Positions 49,089 through 62,900 of a stretch of 64,000 bases of DNA are shown here, piece by piece. Origin of the DNA: Squalus acanthias (lineage: Eukaryota); contig CM059446.1 of the NCBI GenBank assembly GCA_030390025.1, positions 20,522,001 through 20,586,000 of the forward strand, in the 5' to 3' direction. The translations under genes and the position numbers were made by a program. Each line of letters starts with the position of its first letter. The first letter of the stretch is position 1. The notes under the pieces were generated by a model. That model ran no database searches. It was not told where the DNA came from and saw only the letters and a list, made by a program, of their open reading frames with translations.

Positions 49089-49859
49089 CTGTTGGATAGC
49101 ATAAAGAAATTAAACAAAAGCTTATTTTACCTTCAGAATGATAGACAGAGTCACCCTACATTATGTGGTTGTGTTCACTTGTTATCACACACGGACCCAT
49201 GTGACATCTGCTTCTGCCACTCCAAGATTTGCATGGACACAACTCACTTCATTTTTGGCCCAAGTCTCTGCTTTAAAGGTTTTCCTTAAATTCTTTAGCT
49301 TGGCATTGTCCAACAACCTTATAAATCATCTCTCTCCCTTCCCCGCCCCCCCCACCCCGCCCCCACCACCAAAATATATACAGGTTACTGAAGTGTTACA
49401 CTAAGATCCTGAGACTTTCCGAAATGAAGGTTTTCACAATACTAGAAACTGATTGTATCCGCACGTGTATTAAAAGCATTAGATTTTTCTTTTAAATCTG
49501 GTCAGGCAGCATCAGGATAACGTCATGGTGATTTTAATTACAACTTTAAATTATTCTTTGTGAAAGAAACTACAGCCAGTTCTTGTCCTTTATGTTTTGT
49601 AACACTAATTCCAGAAAACATATCAATATATCTTACTAGCTAAATATTCAGAGCTTTATCTATTAAGTCTTACACCTGAGACTATGCATAGGCAGAGATG
49701 CTCTTCATGTATACTTTTCAAAGTATCTAAAAATTGCTAAAACATAGTTCAAATAAAATTTGGTCCAATTGTGGGAAAACTGTTCCGCCCCCCCACCCAT
49801 TGATTAGGATAATCCTCAAGCGACCAAAATGGTAAGCCTCATTATTTATTCATCCTTAC

Positions 49860-49955
49860 CTGGGAAGTCAGATAGTGGTACATGTATAAAAGGATCAGAA
49901 ATAGCAGCTGATGAGCTAGAGTCTAGAACTGAAGCTTCCATAGATATTTTAGCTT
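49860..49955 (-). CDS. AAK1: AAK1 exon (EAKISMEASVLDSSSSAAISDPFIHVPLSDFP)
   Basis: SDPFI motif as in AAK1; donor AG|GTAAGG; 96 nt (93 with the tandem AAG acceptor); phase 1-1. Confidence 0.85.
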
Positions 49956-50317
49956 CTTACGAAGTGTAAAAGAACAGTAGGAAGAAAGAAAATACTATTA
50001 TGAGAAAGAAGTAGAGAGAATTTCATGCATTCTAGTAATAGGCAAGCTGCGTATCAGTGATTACAATTAAAAATATAAACTGAATTACAAAGAGGCTTAA
50101 TATGCATCAATTTAAAAACTTTTACTGTGGGCTCCCTTAATTTTTTTTTCTACCAAATTAGTTCACTTCTGTTGAAATACTGAAAATCTCCAACAATTTT
50201 ACGTGTTGTATTTAATGGAGGTTTGCCAAATAAATATTGATTTTGCAACCAATAATGATAGCAAAATTATAAAGGAGTCTACAGCTGCTGATGGATTATA
50301 CAAATCCTAATACAAAC

Positions 50318-50434
50318 CTGCCCCAGATGCAAAGGGCGACGCCCCAAACACATCTGTTTGGGGCGGAGTCATGCTGGGATGAAACCCTGGAACTGCATTT
50401 TCAGCCGATACTTTCTTCAGTTCTGCAGTTTTAT
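50318..50434 (-). CDS. AAK1: AAK1 exon (DKTAELKKVSAENAVPGFHPSMTPPQTDVFGASPFASGA)
   Basis: Resembles human SAESLIPGF...DAF..TSFSAG; CAG/GTTTGT boundaries; 117 nt, phase 1-1. Confidence 0.85.
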
Positions 50435-51094
50435 CTGTCAGGATAGTTTTAATGGCAGGGATTAGTTACTGTGGATCACCTTCGGTTCATATTTTAAAAA
50501 GGAGGGGATTTCAGTCAGTGAATTGGCGGCATTAAGTGCCGATTCCCCCTCCCCGCCATGCTGCTGACTTGATTGAGCCACATCTTAGTGCAGCATATGG
50601 GGGTTTACTTCAGCTGTTTGGAGCCTGCTGGGTCAATGAGATCAACTCCAACAAATTATTGACAGCTTCTCCAAGTCAGGCGTGGCAATGCACTTTCAGG
50701 GACACTTTCCAGTGAAGGCGGCCCTGATGGACAAACTGAGAAACTTACAAATCAGGAAACCAATCCTGTTTTAGCACCAAGAACAACCCCATCATACTGG
50801 GTGGGGGAGCCCAGTACTTCAAGCAACTTTTAAAATCGCTGCCCACAACAAAAGAAAAAAAAAACAAAGGCCTTGACCCAGTGTGGGCAAGTTACAGACC
50901 AAATGAAGCTTACAACAGGCAATCCCATGGGTAGTGCTACAAACATCCAAATGTAGCACTACTCTTTAGATTCACCCCATTAATGTCCCATGCTTGTCCT
51001 CTGCGTACCATTGGGGCTAAGGAACAGTGTCACAAGGAGCAATTTATGAAGAATTAGCAGAATGCACCTCCTCAAAACTGCACAAAACACCCAC

Positions 51095-51252
51095 CATTTC
51101 GAAGCTCAGCAAACTCCTTATCTAGAAGTTCCTCCGCAGTTAGCTTGGAAAAATTGTCATCTCCAAAAGGATTCCACATAGAGATATCTGGTGGGTTGTA
51201 AATGTTTTGCTGTCCAGCTTTGGGCGATCCTGCAGGACTTGTAGAGGCTGAC
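51095..51252 (-). CDS. AAK1: AAK1 exon ([52 protein letters not shown])
   Basis: WNPF(G/D)[16 protein letters not shown]-family signature; TAG/GTGGGT boundaries; 158 nt, phase 2 to 1. Confidence 0.95.
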
Positions 51253-51570
51253 CTAGGTTAGAATTGTCCAGAAATAAAACATTAGAAAATGCAGTAACTT
51301 ACAGCTCACGAATAAGAGAGTTACCTATAATGTGCATCTCTCAAACAAAGCAGAGACGAAGTCCCAAAATGGGGAACTCATTCACCAAAGGTTGGGCAGT
51401 GGCTGCAGAGGCCAAGTCCAAAAAGTCAACAGAACCATAGCTATCACCCACCAATCTCAATACTAAAAGTATCTTCTACATAAATCTAGAAAATAATATA
51501 ATTCAACATCAGTAATGTATCCAAACATATTTATTCTGCAGGGAAACAAAATCTCTCACTTCAATTAATG

Positions 51571-51950
51571 CATAAGAAATAGGAGCTGGAGTAGGCCATT
51601 TGGCCCTTCGAGCCTGCTCCGCCATTCAATAAGATCATGGCTGATCTTCCACCTCAACTCCACTTTCCCGCACTATCCTCATATCCCTCAATTCCCAAAA
51701 ATTTATCAACCTCTGTCTTGAATATGCTCAACGACTGAGCATCCACAGCGTTCTGGGGTAGAGAATTCCAAAGATTCACCACCCTCCGAGTGAAGAAATT
51801 TCTCATCTCAGTCCTAAATGGCCGACCCCTTATTCGGAGACTGTGACCCCTCGTTCTAGAATCCCCAGCCAGGGGAAACATTTTCTCAGCATGAACCCGG
51901 TCAAGCCCCTTAAGAATTTTATGTTTCAATTAGATCACCTCTCATTCTTC
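51571..51950 (-). mobile_element. CR1 3' end
   Basis: KILKGLDRV...FFTRRVVNLWNSLPQ. Confidence 0.85.
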
Positions 51951-52275
51951 TACAGTCAATACTTACAATATTTTTGCACCAAAATTCCAGATTTTGGACC
52001 TTCGGGCCAAGGAAACGCTGGTAGGGGTGGGAGTCCTTTTTGCTCCAAGTACTCCATTGTAGAAAAGCAAAATAATAGACTTGGGAGAGTGGCGGCATTT
52101 TGCAGTATGTCAACGTCATCAGCATGGAGACGCTAGAGTCTATTATTTAACTATATAAAATGGTGGTGGGGTGGGTGATTTTGAACAAAAAGTGCTGATC
52201 TCTCTGAACTTTCCTTTCTTTGAAGTGAATGTCAAAGTATAACCATAATCAGTACAGGTGTTGTGATGAACTCAC

Positions 52276-52499
52276 TTTGATTTATAAAGGTTTGCCTCAG
52301 CAGCAGCTGCTGCCAGTTGTTGAGAGGAATGACTGGCGGGGACTCCAAACACACTACTGAACGGAACGTCACTGACGATTCTCCGGTGGCCGGCTCGCTG
52401 GACCTTTGGTGAAGATGGCGGTGTTAGCGACAAGAGCTTGGCTGTCTGCTGGGACTGGGGTTGAACTTGTTGAGCTTGAATCTTTTGCTGCCTATGTGC
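52276..52499 (-). CDS. AAK1: AAK1 exon (…[21 protein letters not shown]...[12 protein letters not shown])
   Basis: AAK1-type [27 protein letters not shown] motif; CAG/GTGAGT boundaries; 224 nt, phase 0 to 2. Confidence 0.95.
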
Positions 52500-53169
52500 C
52501 TGTAACTGTACACAAGTCAATTATATTGCATGCATCCATTTTCATTGGCTCATTCGTTTGTGTGCAAAGTAACAAGGAATTCTTGAGAAGAACTAAATGC
52601 TGAAGTGCTTCGCAATGTATTTAGGGAGGACTGGTCAGTTATGTTTGGGTTATGCCACTACCCGAATCGTAAATCTAGTTTGAGGGGATCGCACACCTCC
52701 CTCAACCCCACCCCCAAAAAGAAAACTGGCTCTTTAAACAAATCTGTTATTTAAAAACTATTGTTTCAGCTGCTTTACAAAGTAGTCAATTCCAATATGT
52801 TGCTAAACTGGTGCTGGCAAACACAGCCAGAGTAGATTAAAATTAATAATCTACACTCTTGGTGCAAGTGGCACTGAGAAATGCACTTTAGCACCAAAAA
52901 AAAAGTTGCTTAGCACATGTATTGTTATATCCACAGACTGCACCGAACAGCTTTGACTGCAGTCATCAGCATTGCAGAACAGGTTTCATCAGCGCCAATA
53001 GCTAGATCCATTTTTTTATTTTTTATTATTCGTTCCTGGGTTGTGGGCATCGCTGTGAAGGCCAGTATTTATTGCCCATCCCTAATTGCCCTCGAGAAGG
53101 TGGTGATGAGCCGCCTTCTTGAACCGCTGCAGTTCCTGTGGTGAAGGTACTCCTTTGGTGCTGTTATGG

Positions 53170-53537
53170 AGGGTGTTCCTTTCGTAGCGGTTTGTTACAA
53201 CTGAGTGGCTTGTTACAACTGAGTGGCTTGCTGGGCCATTTCAGAGGGCAGTTAAGAGTCAACCACATTGCTGTGGATCTGGAGTCACATATAAGCCAGA
53301 CCGGGTAAGGACGGCAGATTTCCTTCCCTAAAAAGGACATTAGTGAACCAGATGGGTTTTTACAACAATCCGGTAGCTTCATGGTCACCATTGCTGATAG
53401 TAGCTTTTTATTCCAGATTTATTTAAAAATTAAATTCCCCAGCTGCCGTGGTGGGATTTGAACTCATGTCTCTGGATCATTAGTCCAGGCCTCTGAATTA
53501 CTAGTTCAGTAACATAACCACTATGCTACCGTTCCCC
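53170..53537 (-). mobile_element. tRNA-derived SINE (different family)
   Basis: Minus-strand head GGTAGCATAGTGG...GAGTTCAAATCCC with A/B boxes. Confidence 0.65.
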
Positions 53538-56500
53538 TTAGGATTTCCCTCACAAAGCACAGAGATTTCTGCTTCTGCTGATTTAAATTGGGACGCAGAC
53601 ATCTGCTCTGATGCACTCTCTTCCTGACATTGAGGATTTCACTTTCAGAGAATGACAACAAAAATACATGTGGGAGGACTGGAAGCACGTGATCCTGATT
53701 TAAAACCTCGCTAAGCCATTTTGGACCTAATCGTGTAACGTGATTGCTTTTTACATCTCCACAGAATCTTTGGTACAGTTCATACAATGCGGAGTCAGGG
53801 TCTCAAACTTAGAAATTAGGATTGGCTGCAAGTTTTTAAAAAGTTGTAAGTTGTAGTTTCTAATAAATTTTGTACCAAAGGCTGAAAATATAAAATATCT
53901 TCACACTCACTATTACATATATAGGTTAATGAACAATGAGGAAAAAAAGGACTGCAGAGATGGCATGGGGGAAAACTACACAGGGTAGAAGAAACAGAAT
54001 TTCACAATATGCGATAGCACAAAGGGCTCTTAAAATTCTTCCTTGTGGGCTATTCAAGTTTGATTACTCCTATGAAAAACCACTAGGGTTTTTCTAATGT
54101 TGCATTCTATTCCAAAATCTTCATCTATTATCTTAGTAAATTGTGAAATGTGTGGCAGCTTCAAGAATGCTTTAAAACACAAAAGCTACTCTTGAATGTT
54201 AGAGCTGTGCAGCTAAGACACCAATGTCTAGGCACCAGGTCTTTTGCATCTTGAGCCAAGGAATAAATACAAAAACAACTTTTCTGAAATGGTAAAATCT
54301 TAAAAGTTAGAATACTGTGTAGTAATAACTAGTAGAAAATGTTATCCTAAAATCACCATGGACAAACCTTTGGTCTATGAGTAACTTAAGTAGGATTTAA
54401 CTTTTAAAACAATAGATAAAATGCAAACAAACAATCTTACCACAATTGATTTCAAGTAAATTACACTATATTTCTTGGTATTACTAGAATATTTAATGAC
54501 ATTACATACATTAATGTTCAAGACCATTAAAATGTTTAGATATATAACCTAGCGTTCATCTGCAAGCATTTTGTGGATTAAGTCATTAAGACAGATAATC
54601 ATAGAATCATACAGCATAGAAGGAGGCCTGTGCAGCCGTCAAGTTATTAGAACTAATTTTTAAAATGTGCATCATTAAGAAAGTAAGATTGCAGCATGTT
54701 GACAGCAAGGAGTTACGAATTTTGATCCATTTCAGTGAACTTTGACAGGACACTATGAAATTGTCACTTTTTCACATTGGGTCAGACCCAATCTGTCAGA
54801 TTTTGTAACTCAGTACTTGATTTAATTCCACACAAAATGGGCGACAACTAGAAACCCCTGACTGAAGAACTTTAGCAGAGGAAAGGAGATGGAAGGGAGG
54901 TAAAGGACTAAAGAATCAAGACACGGCAAAAAAATATACAGCAGGTAGTAGACAATTATATCAAATGTAGTACAATGTCAAAACATGTTGGGTACTTCTG
55001 AATTGCACTAAAATTCCAATTGGACACCGTACCTAAATTGTGCTAATGTTACAGTGCAAAGGCAGTGAAAATACGATTCAGAGGTCGTGACCAGATATGA
55101 ATTAAAAAAAAATAAGTACAGAAATAGTAATATAATGAGCAGTTGTTGTCAATGCAAAACTGCTCGAGGGTGCACTGCATGACTTGAAATTAAACAATGA
55201 GGTAGCATGTTGGAACACATGATGATGGAAAGAAAACAACTATTCCCCAATGTGTTTAGTTTGAAACGTCAATTGTAAATGTTGAGGGGGAAAAAAAAAA
55301 ACAATCCCCAGGCTATTGTTGCAAATCTCTGAGTGACTGGTTTTGAACATTTCATCACGAGTAGGATAAAAAAAATTGATGGTGCTTAGACAACAGGTTT
55401 GAGCAGTTTGAATTAGCTGAGTTTCTGGGTTTATATCGTTAGCAGAATAATTAATACTGCAATTCTACTGGAAGTAGCGTGCCACATTAGATTTTAAAAC
55501 TAGAATAGGACACCTGGTACAGTACCAGAGGTCCAATTTTAAATGACTACTGGCCAAGAGAACAGCAATCATGTGGTAACCAGATACAGTAACAGTGACT
55601 TAGAACCACACGTTGCTCCAACAAGAGTTAAACATCCATCCAGGGTCTAAACCAATACTGATGCTAAAGAACAGAAATAATACACAAACGCTAAAGAAAT
55701 ATACAAGCCAAAAAAAATTGTAGAAGAGGAAAAAAAAATAAAGACTAAAGATCAGAGAAAGACAACTTTGTAAGTGGAAGGTTTTGTGTTTCAGATAGCA
55801 GCTTTTTACTTGTGCTTTAAAACGTATTGCATCTCTTTGCCACTGGAGGGCACTGTTGCACACAATTACTCTGGCAGCACGTTAATACTGTAGATAGATC
55901 CCAGTGAAATTATTTGTAAATGCTGTAAATGTTGAAAAATGCACTCAGTAACATTCTTCTGCTAGTTAGACAACCATCTCAAAGTGCTCCAAAAGCTAAT
56001 CATTTCAGTTCCTATCAAATTGTGAACCGTTGCTTAATAAAAAAGGAGATTTACTGATAAATAAATGCGGTTATGATTTACTAGACGGTCAGCTAATCTC
56101 CCACATTACATTTCAGTGTAGTGTACTGACCATTTTCTACAGAAACTATGAGTTTTATGGAAGTTGCTAGTTAGGACGCTGTTTTCGAAGACAATTGCTT
56201 CGATCTTCCCAACAGGAAAATTAGTTATTTGGTAAACATGTCACTGGATAAGGATTTTTTTTTTGAGATTTTATTTAAAAAAGTATGATGTATGCATATC
56301 AAGATCAGGCATACTTTATTCACACTTGCCTGAACCTCTTATCTAATTAAACTTTAAAGAAACATCACAACAAAATGTAGTCGTCCCAAAATTCAGACAG
56401 GAAGCAAATTTTTCCAGTGTGCTGAGAAATCTTGAGATTTACTGAAATAGAGTGGGTGCAAATTAATCTGGCAAGAGTTAGAATACTGTTCCCGGACACC

Positions 56501-56789
56501 AGCATTACATTAAACCCAGACTGATGGGAGAAATTATTCAAGCTTTTATAACTTGGGCAGAGAGGAGTGGGGTGCCCATTCCCACATCCTGTATGAGTTA
56601 GAAGTAAAGCAATGTGCTGTTTTTTTGATTATGTACAAAGTGAGTGTTTCTTTTTAATTCCAGAATGGAATCTCAGGCTTACTGGCCGCCATCGACAGGA
56701 CAGAAGGCTTTAAGATTAGAACAATAATGTACTGAACACTAAGCATTACAAATTTGGGCTGAATAGGCAAGCTCTCCAAATTCCTTTCA

Positions 56790-58255
56790 AAACCAGTCAT
56801 CACCCCACTCTTCAAAAACTCCACCCTCAACCCTGCTGTACTTGCAAACCACCGCCCAACTTCAACTCCCCCCCCCCTTTCCGCTCCAAAGTCATTGTCG
56901 CCTCTCAAATCATTGCCCATCATTCCTTCCACTGTCTGAATTTCTCTAATTAAAGTTCCATCCCTGCCACAGCACCAAAATAGCCCGAAACCAAGTCACA
57001 AACGACATCCTCCGAGACTGTGACCGTGGTGTATTATCCCTCCTCGTCATCTACAGCCTTTGGCACGGTCAACCACAGCATCCTCCTCCAAAGCCACTCC
57101 TCTATTGTCTAGTTGAGTGGGACTGCCTTCACTTGGTCCCACTCTTACCTATCCGATCATATCCAGAGCATCTTCAAGCGATGGTTCCTGCTCCTGCCCC
57201 CACACCATTATCTTCAGGGTCCTCAAAGGATCTATCCTAGCTACCCTGCCGTTTCTCCCCACCCCCCCACCCCTTCCTTATCTACATGCTGTCCTTTGGC
57301 AACATCATCCATATATATGGGGTCACTTTCACGTGTATGCTGATGACACCCAGCTCTACCTCTCCAACTCTCAAACTCCCGTTACAGCCTGTATTGTTAG
57401 ATTGTTTGTCCAACATCCAGTCTTGGATGAACTGCAATTTCCACCAGTTGGGAAGATCAAAGCCATTATTTTCCGCCCCCGCAAACTCCATACCCTTGCC
57501 ACCGTTTCCATCCTCCTCCCCGGCCACTGTCTCAGGGTGAAGCGCACTGTTCGTGACCTCAGCATCCTATTCGACACCGAGCTGACCTTCCCTTTTGTTC
57601 TTTCATCCCCTCCCCCCTTTCCCAGCCCCTACAGTTGCTTAAAAAGCCGTTCCATTTCCTGCTTTTTTCCAGTTCTGACGAAAGGTCATCGACCCGAAAC
57701 GTTAGCTCTGTTTCTCTCTTCACAGATGCTGCCTGACCTGCTGAGTATCTCCAGCATTTTCTGTTTTTATTTTTGTTAGATTATTGGGTATGCCTAGCAA
57801 GCCACTTGGTTGTATGAAACCACCACAGCAGCTCAACACCACCCTCTCGGGGCAACTAGGAATGGGCAATAAATGCCAGCCTCGCCAGGTGTAACCAAAT
57901 CAAGTCGCACTCACCCATCACCCCGTCCTCGCCAACCTACATTGGCTCCCAATTGCCCAACATCTCAAATTTTAAACCTCCTTTACTCCTACGAGCACCC
58001 CTCAAACTATTCCTCTCCCTTTCCTCCACCATTGGCAGCCATGCTTTTGGCCTCTAAGTCCTATGTTCTGGAATTTCCTCCCTAAACCCGTTCACCTCAC
58101 CACCTCTCTCTCTCTCCTGTAAGACCCACCTCTTTGACAAGCTTTACTCACCCCTCCGAATATCTCCATTTGGCTCCATTTATTTCTGATTACAACTGAG
58201 ATGCACTTTGGAACATTTTTCTATGTTAAAGGCGCGATATAAGTGTAAGCTGTTG
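56790..58255 (+). mobile_element. Degenerate L2 RT fragment with nested Penelope-like end (~57590-57772)
   Basis: FHVYADDTQLYLS RT motif; CLSNIQSWM; L2 3' end at ~58255. Confidence 0.8.
57671..57707 (+). ncRNA. Minimal hammerhead ribozyme-like motif in Penelope-like terminus
   Basis: CTGACGA-AA-GGTC/ATC/GACC-C-GAAA-CGTTA; palindromic AACGTT at the stem III position. Confidence 0.55.
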
Positions 58256-58414
58256 AACAGCACATTTAAAAAAGGGATCAAGTGATCCGATTTTCAGCTT
58301 GCATTGTTTGCAGACGTTTTCAAAACTGATGTATAGGTTTAGAAAAGTGTAATTATGTACATAAAGTATTAAAAGAACTATTTAAATAACTTAATTATAA
58401 ATTAAAGTTCTTAC

Positions 58415-58588
58415 AAGTGTTTGTTGCTGTTGCTGCAGAGCCATCTGCTGTGCCACCTGCTGCTGAACAGACGCTTGTGCCATCATCTGCCGTAAAGCTG
58501 CTTGCTGCTGCATGGCTGTTGCATATTGCTGCTGAAAGTAGTAATTCTGCATCATCTGCTGCTGGGCCTGCTGCATCACCTGGTAGCG
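58415..58588 (-). CDS. AAK1: AAK1 glutamine-rich exon (RYQVMQQAQQQMMQNYYFQQQ...QQQQQTL)
   Basis: CAG/GTAAGA boundaries; 174 nt, phase 0-0; fits the AAK1 QPA-rich region. Confidence 0.85.
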
Positions 58589-59872
58589 CTGTTTCAGGAC
58601 ACAGTACAGCATCAGTAGAAGTTCATTAGATTTAGAAAAAAAATGGAGTTTCAGCCATTAATATACATTTTTACAACAGGGATTATTCAACTGCGGTCAC
58701 ACAAAATGTTATTGTTCACGTTCCATAATTAGCACTTACTACGGTTTCATTTACGGTTACATGTCAACAGTGCTGCTGAATCTTACGAACAAACTCTGTA
58801 CAGCTACAAATGATCAATTTAGAGCACGTGGTTCCTAATATATGTCTGGAATTAAGGAGCACCAAATGTATTTCCTCAATAGAGCTGCAACTTGGACCAG
58901 TCCAATGTCTTAAAGCCAATGCCGCCTTGTACAGCATTTTGGGGTGGGGGGCGGAAAAAGAGAATAAGGGTTTCTCGAAATTCGATAAAGTCTCCGGGAA
59001 GGGTCTCGCTGGGGAGAAAGGAGGCCTAAACCGTCCTTGTGGGCCCCACAGGACCACTTCTGCTCCTCCTGACCCCACAAAGAAAGTTTAAAAAACCCCA
59101 CCTTAAATAGCCTCTTCTGGTCCCAGATCAGATCCACTTACCGCTGTCTTCACCCAGCGAGAAATCTACAGTGGCTTCCCTGGTTAGGCTGCAGTTAAAA
59201 TTGCAGTCTGGGCCCCGATGACTAAATATGCATATCTGGGCATGATTCTAAGAAGGACCACTCTGTTTCAGGCGGGTCTCTTTGCCGCATGCTCAGAAGG
59301 GCAAGTTAAAATTGAAGTTGCGGGTAAGACACCCAGCCAATCTTAATTGCCTACCTGCCTGGTTTTCACCGGGCAGGTAAGGTTACAATCACCCCTATAA
59401 TTTTTCCTCAGAAGTTTGGAATAAAGAATTTAAAGTTACTATCTTCAACTTCAAGGGTAGGTTGTTGTCTTGATAGATTACATTTGATGAATAAAATCTC
59501 AATGTCCTCATTGGTGAATTAGCTTCAACAGTGCTGCCCAATTACCATTTACAGAATGATCTCTTAAGAAAACCTTTAACATTTTTAATATTTCAAAAGG
59601 ACAAAGTGCTTTAGATTTTCACTTTAAATGCAGAGCTTTCAAGATTAGTACAGTACTAAGGAAGTTGAGTTAATCACAGTTAAACATTTTTATTTAAAAG
59701 GGTCAGAGACAGCAAATCTCTTGTGGGTTTGAATTTAACCTACTGTAATGAAATCAATAATTAAGGCCACAAGCTCATACTAAAAATCAAGCCTGGTTTC
59801 AAACTAACATAATATCAAAACAGTCAAAAGGTTATTTTTGAAGTTTAATGTATTGTGGCAGTAAGTCAGTGT

Positions 59873-59909
59873 TCACCTGATGAAGGAGCAGCGCTCCGAA
59901 AGCTTGTGA
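59873..59909 (+). ncRNA. Minimal type I hammerhead ribozyme-like motif in Penelope-like terminus (element ~59873-59961)
   Basis: TCAC-CTGATGA-A-GGAGC/AGC/GCTCC-GAAA-GCTT-GTGA: intact core boxes, stems I and II, palindromic AAGCTT. Confidence 0.65.
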
Positions 59910-62900
59910 TTTCAAATAAAACTGTTGGACTATAACCTGGTGTTGTGCGACTTCTCACATTCAGTACATATGGATGCAGCTTGATGCACAACTTTACTTA
60001 ATGCCCTTTATAAAAGCATGGGAGAATTATCCATCTTCAGTGTGATCTATTCTTAGAGGTTCACCTTTCATAAAGAGTCCCCTCTTGGGATTCCTTAAAC
60101 CTTATTATGCAAAATACTCTTCATCTCTTCACTGTAACCTTCATGCAGTTTCAGTAAAAATCCAATGAAGAGAAACCCATTTAAATGTGGGCCTAAGAGG
60201 AAGAATCTGTATGTGCAAGGACTTTGCTTTTTTGGGTAGGATGCCAATTTACAGGCAGATTTATGCTCTAGGTTCATACGTACTAACAGTTTAGCTTGGA
60301 TCACAATGATCATTTCATTTAGGGGGCCTTGCAGGCAGCGGGGGATTTAATTTAATCAGTCTGCACGGAGTTGAAACAGGAGTCCAAGAGATGAAAGGAC
60401 CATATGCTAGCCTACTGTACAACTCAATCCTCCCTTCCTTCTCTCTCCTTCAGCAAAGAATGAGCTTTCATTGTCAGTTCCAGCAAACAATTCTGCAATC
60501 AATGTAACAATATACTATTTGAAGACGACAAATTACCTAAAGTTTTATCTCCAAAAGAAACAAGTAACTGCTGAGAACTAAGGACACAGGCCAATCTAAA
60601 TACAAGGCCTGACACACCAGGATATCTGCACTCACTTGAAGGAATGCACCAGTAGGTAAAAACCTCACGTATGAGAAATTCTATTCTGACAATTTTAAGC
60701 AAAAAACCTCATGGAATCTTGACTGATTTGAGTGTGCCAAACCAAATATGCTGGATCAAGCACCAGAAGATGAAGCTCAGCAACTTAATGTACAGATGAC
60801 ACCGACACAGAAGTTACTGTTTTAATTGCAAAAAAACTTCAGTTTGCTTGAATTCAGAGGTTACACATGGGACTGTTACGATATGTAATATATTTAGTTG
60901 ATTACCTGTGGAGTTGCACACAGGAAGTCAAAAGCAACTGCAGTCTTCGGGTCAGAGGGCAGAGGCTAATTTGCGCACCGATTTAATTCAGACCCCACTT
61001 TAAAAATCACACACTGTCCTTATTTTTATATAATACTTGAATTTAATATTTACAGTTAAAAACAGAAAAACTTGCAACAATTTGGGTAGCAGAGTTGGTT
61101 GGAGTATAGGAGTTTCTCTGCATTAACAGGCCAAGGAGCTGGGAGATGCAAGACTGAGGCTATACAACATTGGCATCAGAATGGCATGTTTGCATAAGCA
61201 GTTTCTGTTAGAAATGTATACATATGAATCTTGATTAGAAAAAGTTGTCCCAGGAAGTGCACATAAATGCAGAGGTTTTTTTTAATGTATAGAATTGATA
61301 TATCTTACAACCTCAATGCTAATAGGTGGCTACACTGGCCACCAGTTGCACCATAAGCAAACCAGGTCTCTCTGGAACAAAAGGACTGGATGGAGTAGAA
61401 AAAAGTATGATGGTTAAGCAAAGGATGACAAGAATTTCCTGGCACCAAAAAAATCCCTCTTCCATTTCATAGCATATGCCTTGGGGTGTGGAGGAATTCT
61501 TTGATATTATAACAGTACCCACAACAAAGCAAGACCACCTTAAAGGGGTATTACCAGACAGCTGGCACACCGAAATTCTAAGTGTTACCAGCAGATCTGG
61601 AACAGTAAATCTAACCACAGAACAGAAGTCACCTGATGCTTAGAAGCTTCCAGAAAGGCAGAGAACAATGTTGTCGTCAGCCAAATGGAGGTTCTGAATA
61701 ATCCCATAAAACAGAAAAAAACGTTTAAGGACATATCCCCTCCCAAGAAATCAAGACGTTAAAAATAAACAAACATTCAGCTACCTTAAATCCTAAAGAA
61801 CCTGACCAAACTCCAGTTTTGGAAAACAACCCCAATGTCTATATTCTGATAAGCCCAACTGGGAAAGGCAGCTTACACAGCATTAAGATGGAAAGTCCAG
61901 TCACTGACATGTACCCTAACTCTACTTAGGAGTTCCACTGCCACATTCGGTATTCCCAATCTATTTTGGGCAGAGAGAACAAAGTAGTTCTGCCAACATC
62001 AATGCCAGATTTCAGCATCTCTGTGAAAGAGCATGAGACACTCTGTTTATTTAACAGCTTACCACAATTTAAACTGTGTCAGAGTGTGTCTGCATGCCCC
62101 TGAATATGATCCTTCAAGTATGCAATTTATTTGGAAAGTGGTTTGTGGCCAACTCCACACATGTAGGTTCAAGGCTCCTTGCTGATGAGCACTTCATCTG
62201 ATGAAGCATGTGTCAATCGGATAGCCAGCTTACTGACAAGATTTAAAACGGATAGCCTGCTTATGCTTAGTATGCTCATTCGGAGACCACTAGTGAGCTG
62301 CTGCTGCCTACTGGTTGTTTTCTAGGTCTTGGGGCAACAAAGCAACTCAGACACATGGCATCAGCCAACACTCTGGCTGGTACCAAGAATATGGAGCACA
62401 GGCCCTCGAAAATCTTGATTCATTAGAAATGCACATCAGACATTGTTCTGCCAACAGAAGTCAAAGTCAAGGCACTATCTTATTCCTTCTAAGACATAGC
62501 AGCCTCCATCACAGCTGTGGGCACTGGATAGTGTTGACAGCTCCAGCACTTAGTGATGTTTGAAGACACCCGAGGTGGTGCACAACCTGCCCTGATTGGT
62601 GCTTATTGGGCAGCTGATTATGTCCTCGACACAAAGGTCCCTCTCTGGCCCGAGTGTCTGTGTTTGTTGGCCTTTTGACCAAAGGGCTGACTTTGCACTT
62701 AATAAATCAGCAGGATGATTGAGAAAGTGGCATCACCATTACTGATGGTTGTGAATGTTTCCGATTGTCACATCAAGTTCTTTTGAGAGAAATGAGCAAA
62801 GGCTCAGCTCCTGGAAGCTGTACCTTGTAGGAAGACAAATACAAAATACTTTTCATTACCATCTGTAGTTAGATCCTGGCACTAGTATTGATCAAAGCAG

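Noticed and set aside
49131-49155. Second tiny exon candidate next to the microexon
   Set aside because: 25 nt (frameshifting), weak acceptor, and only ~40 nt from the next acceptor
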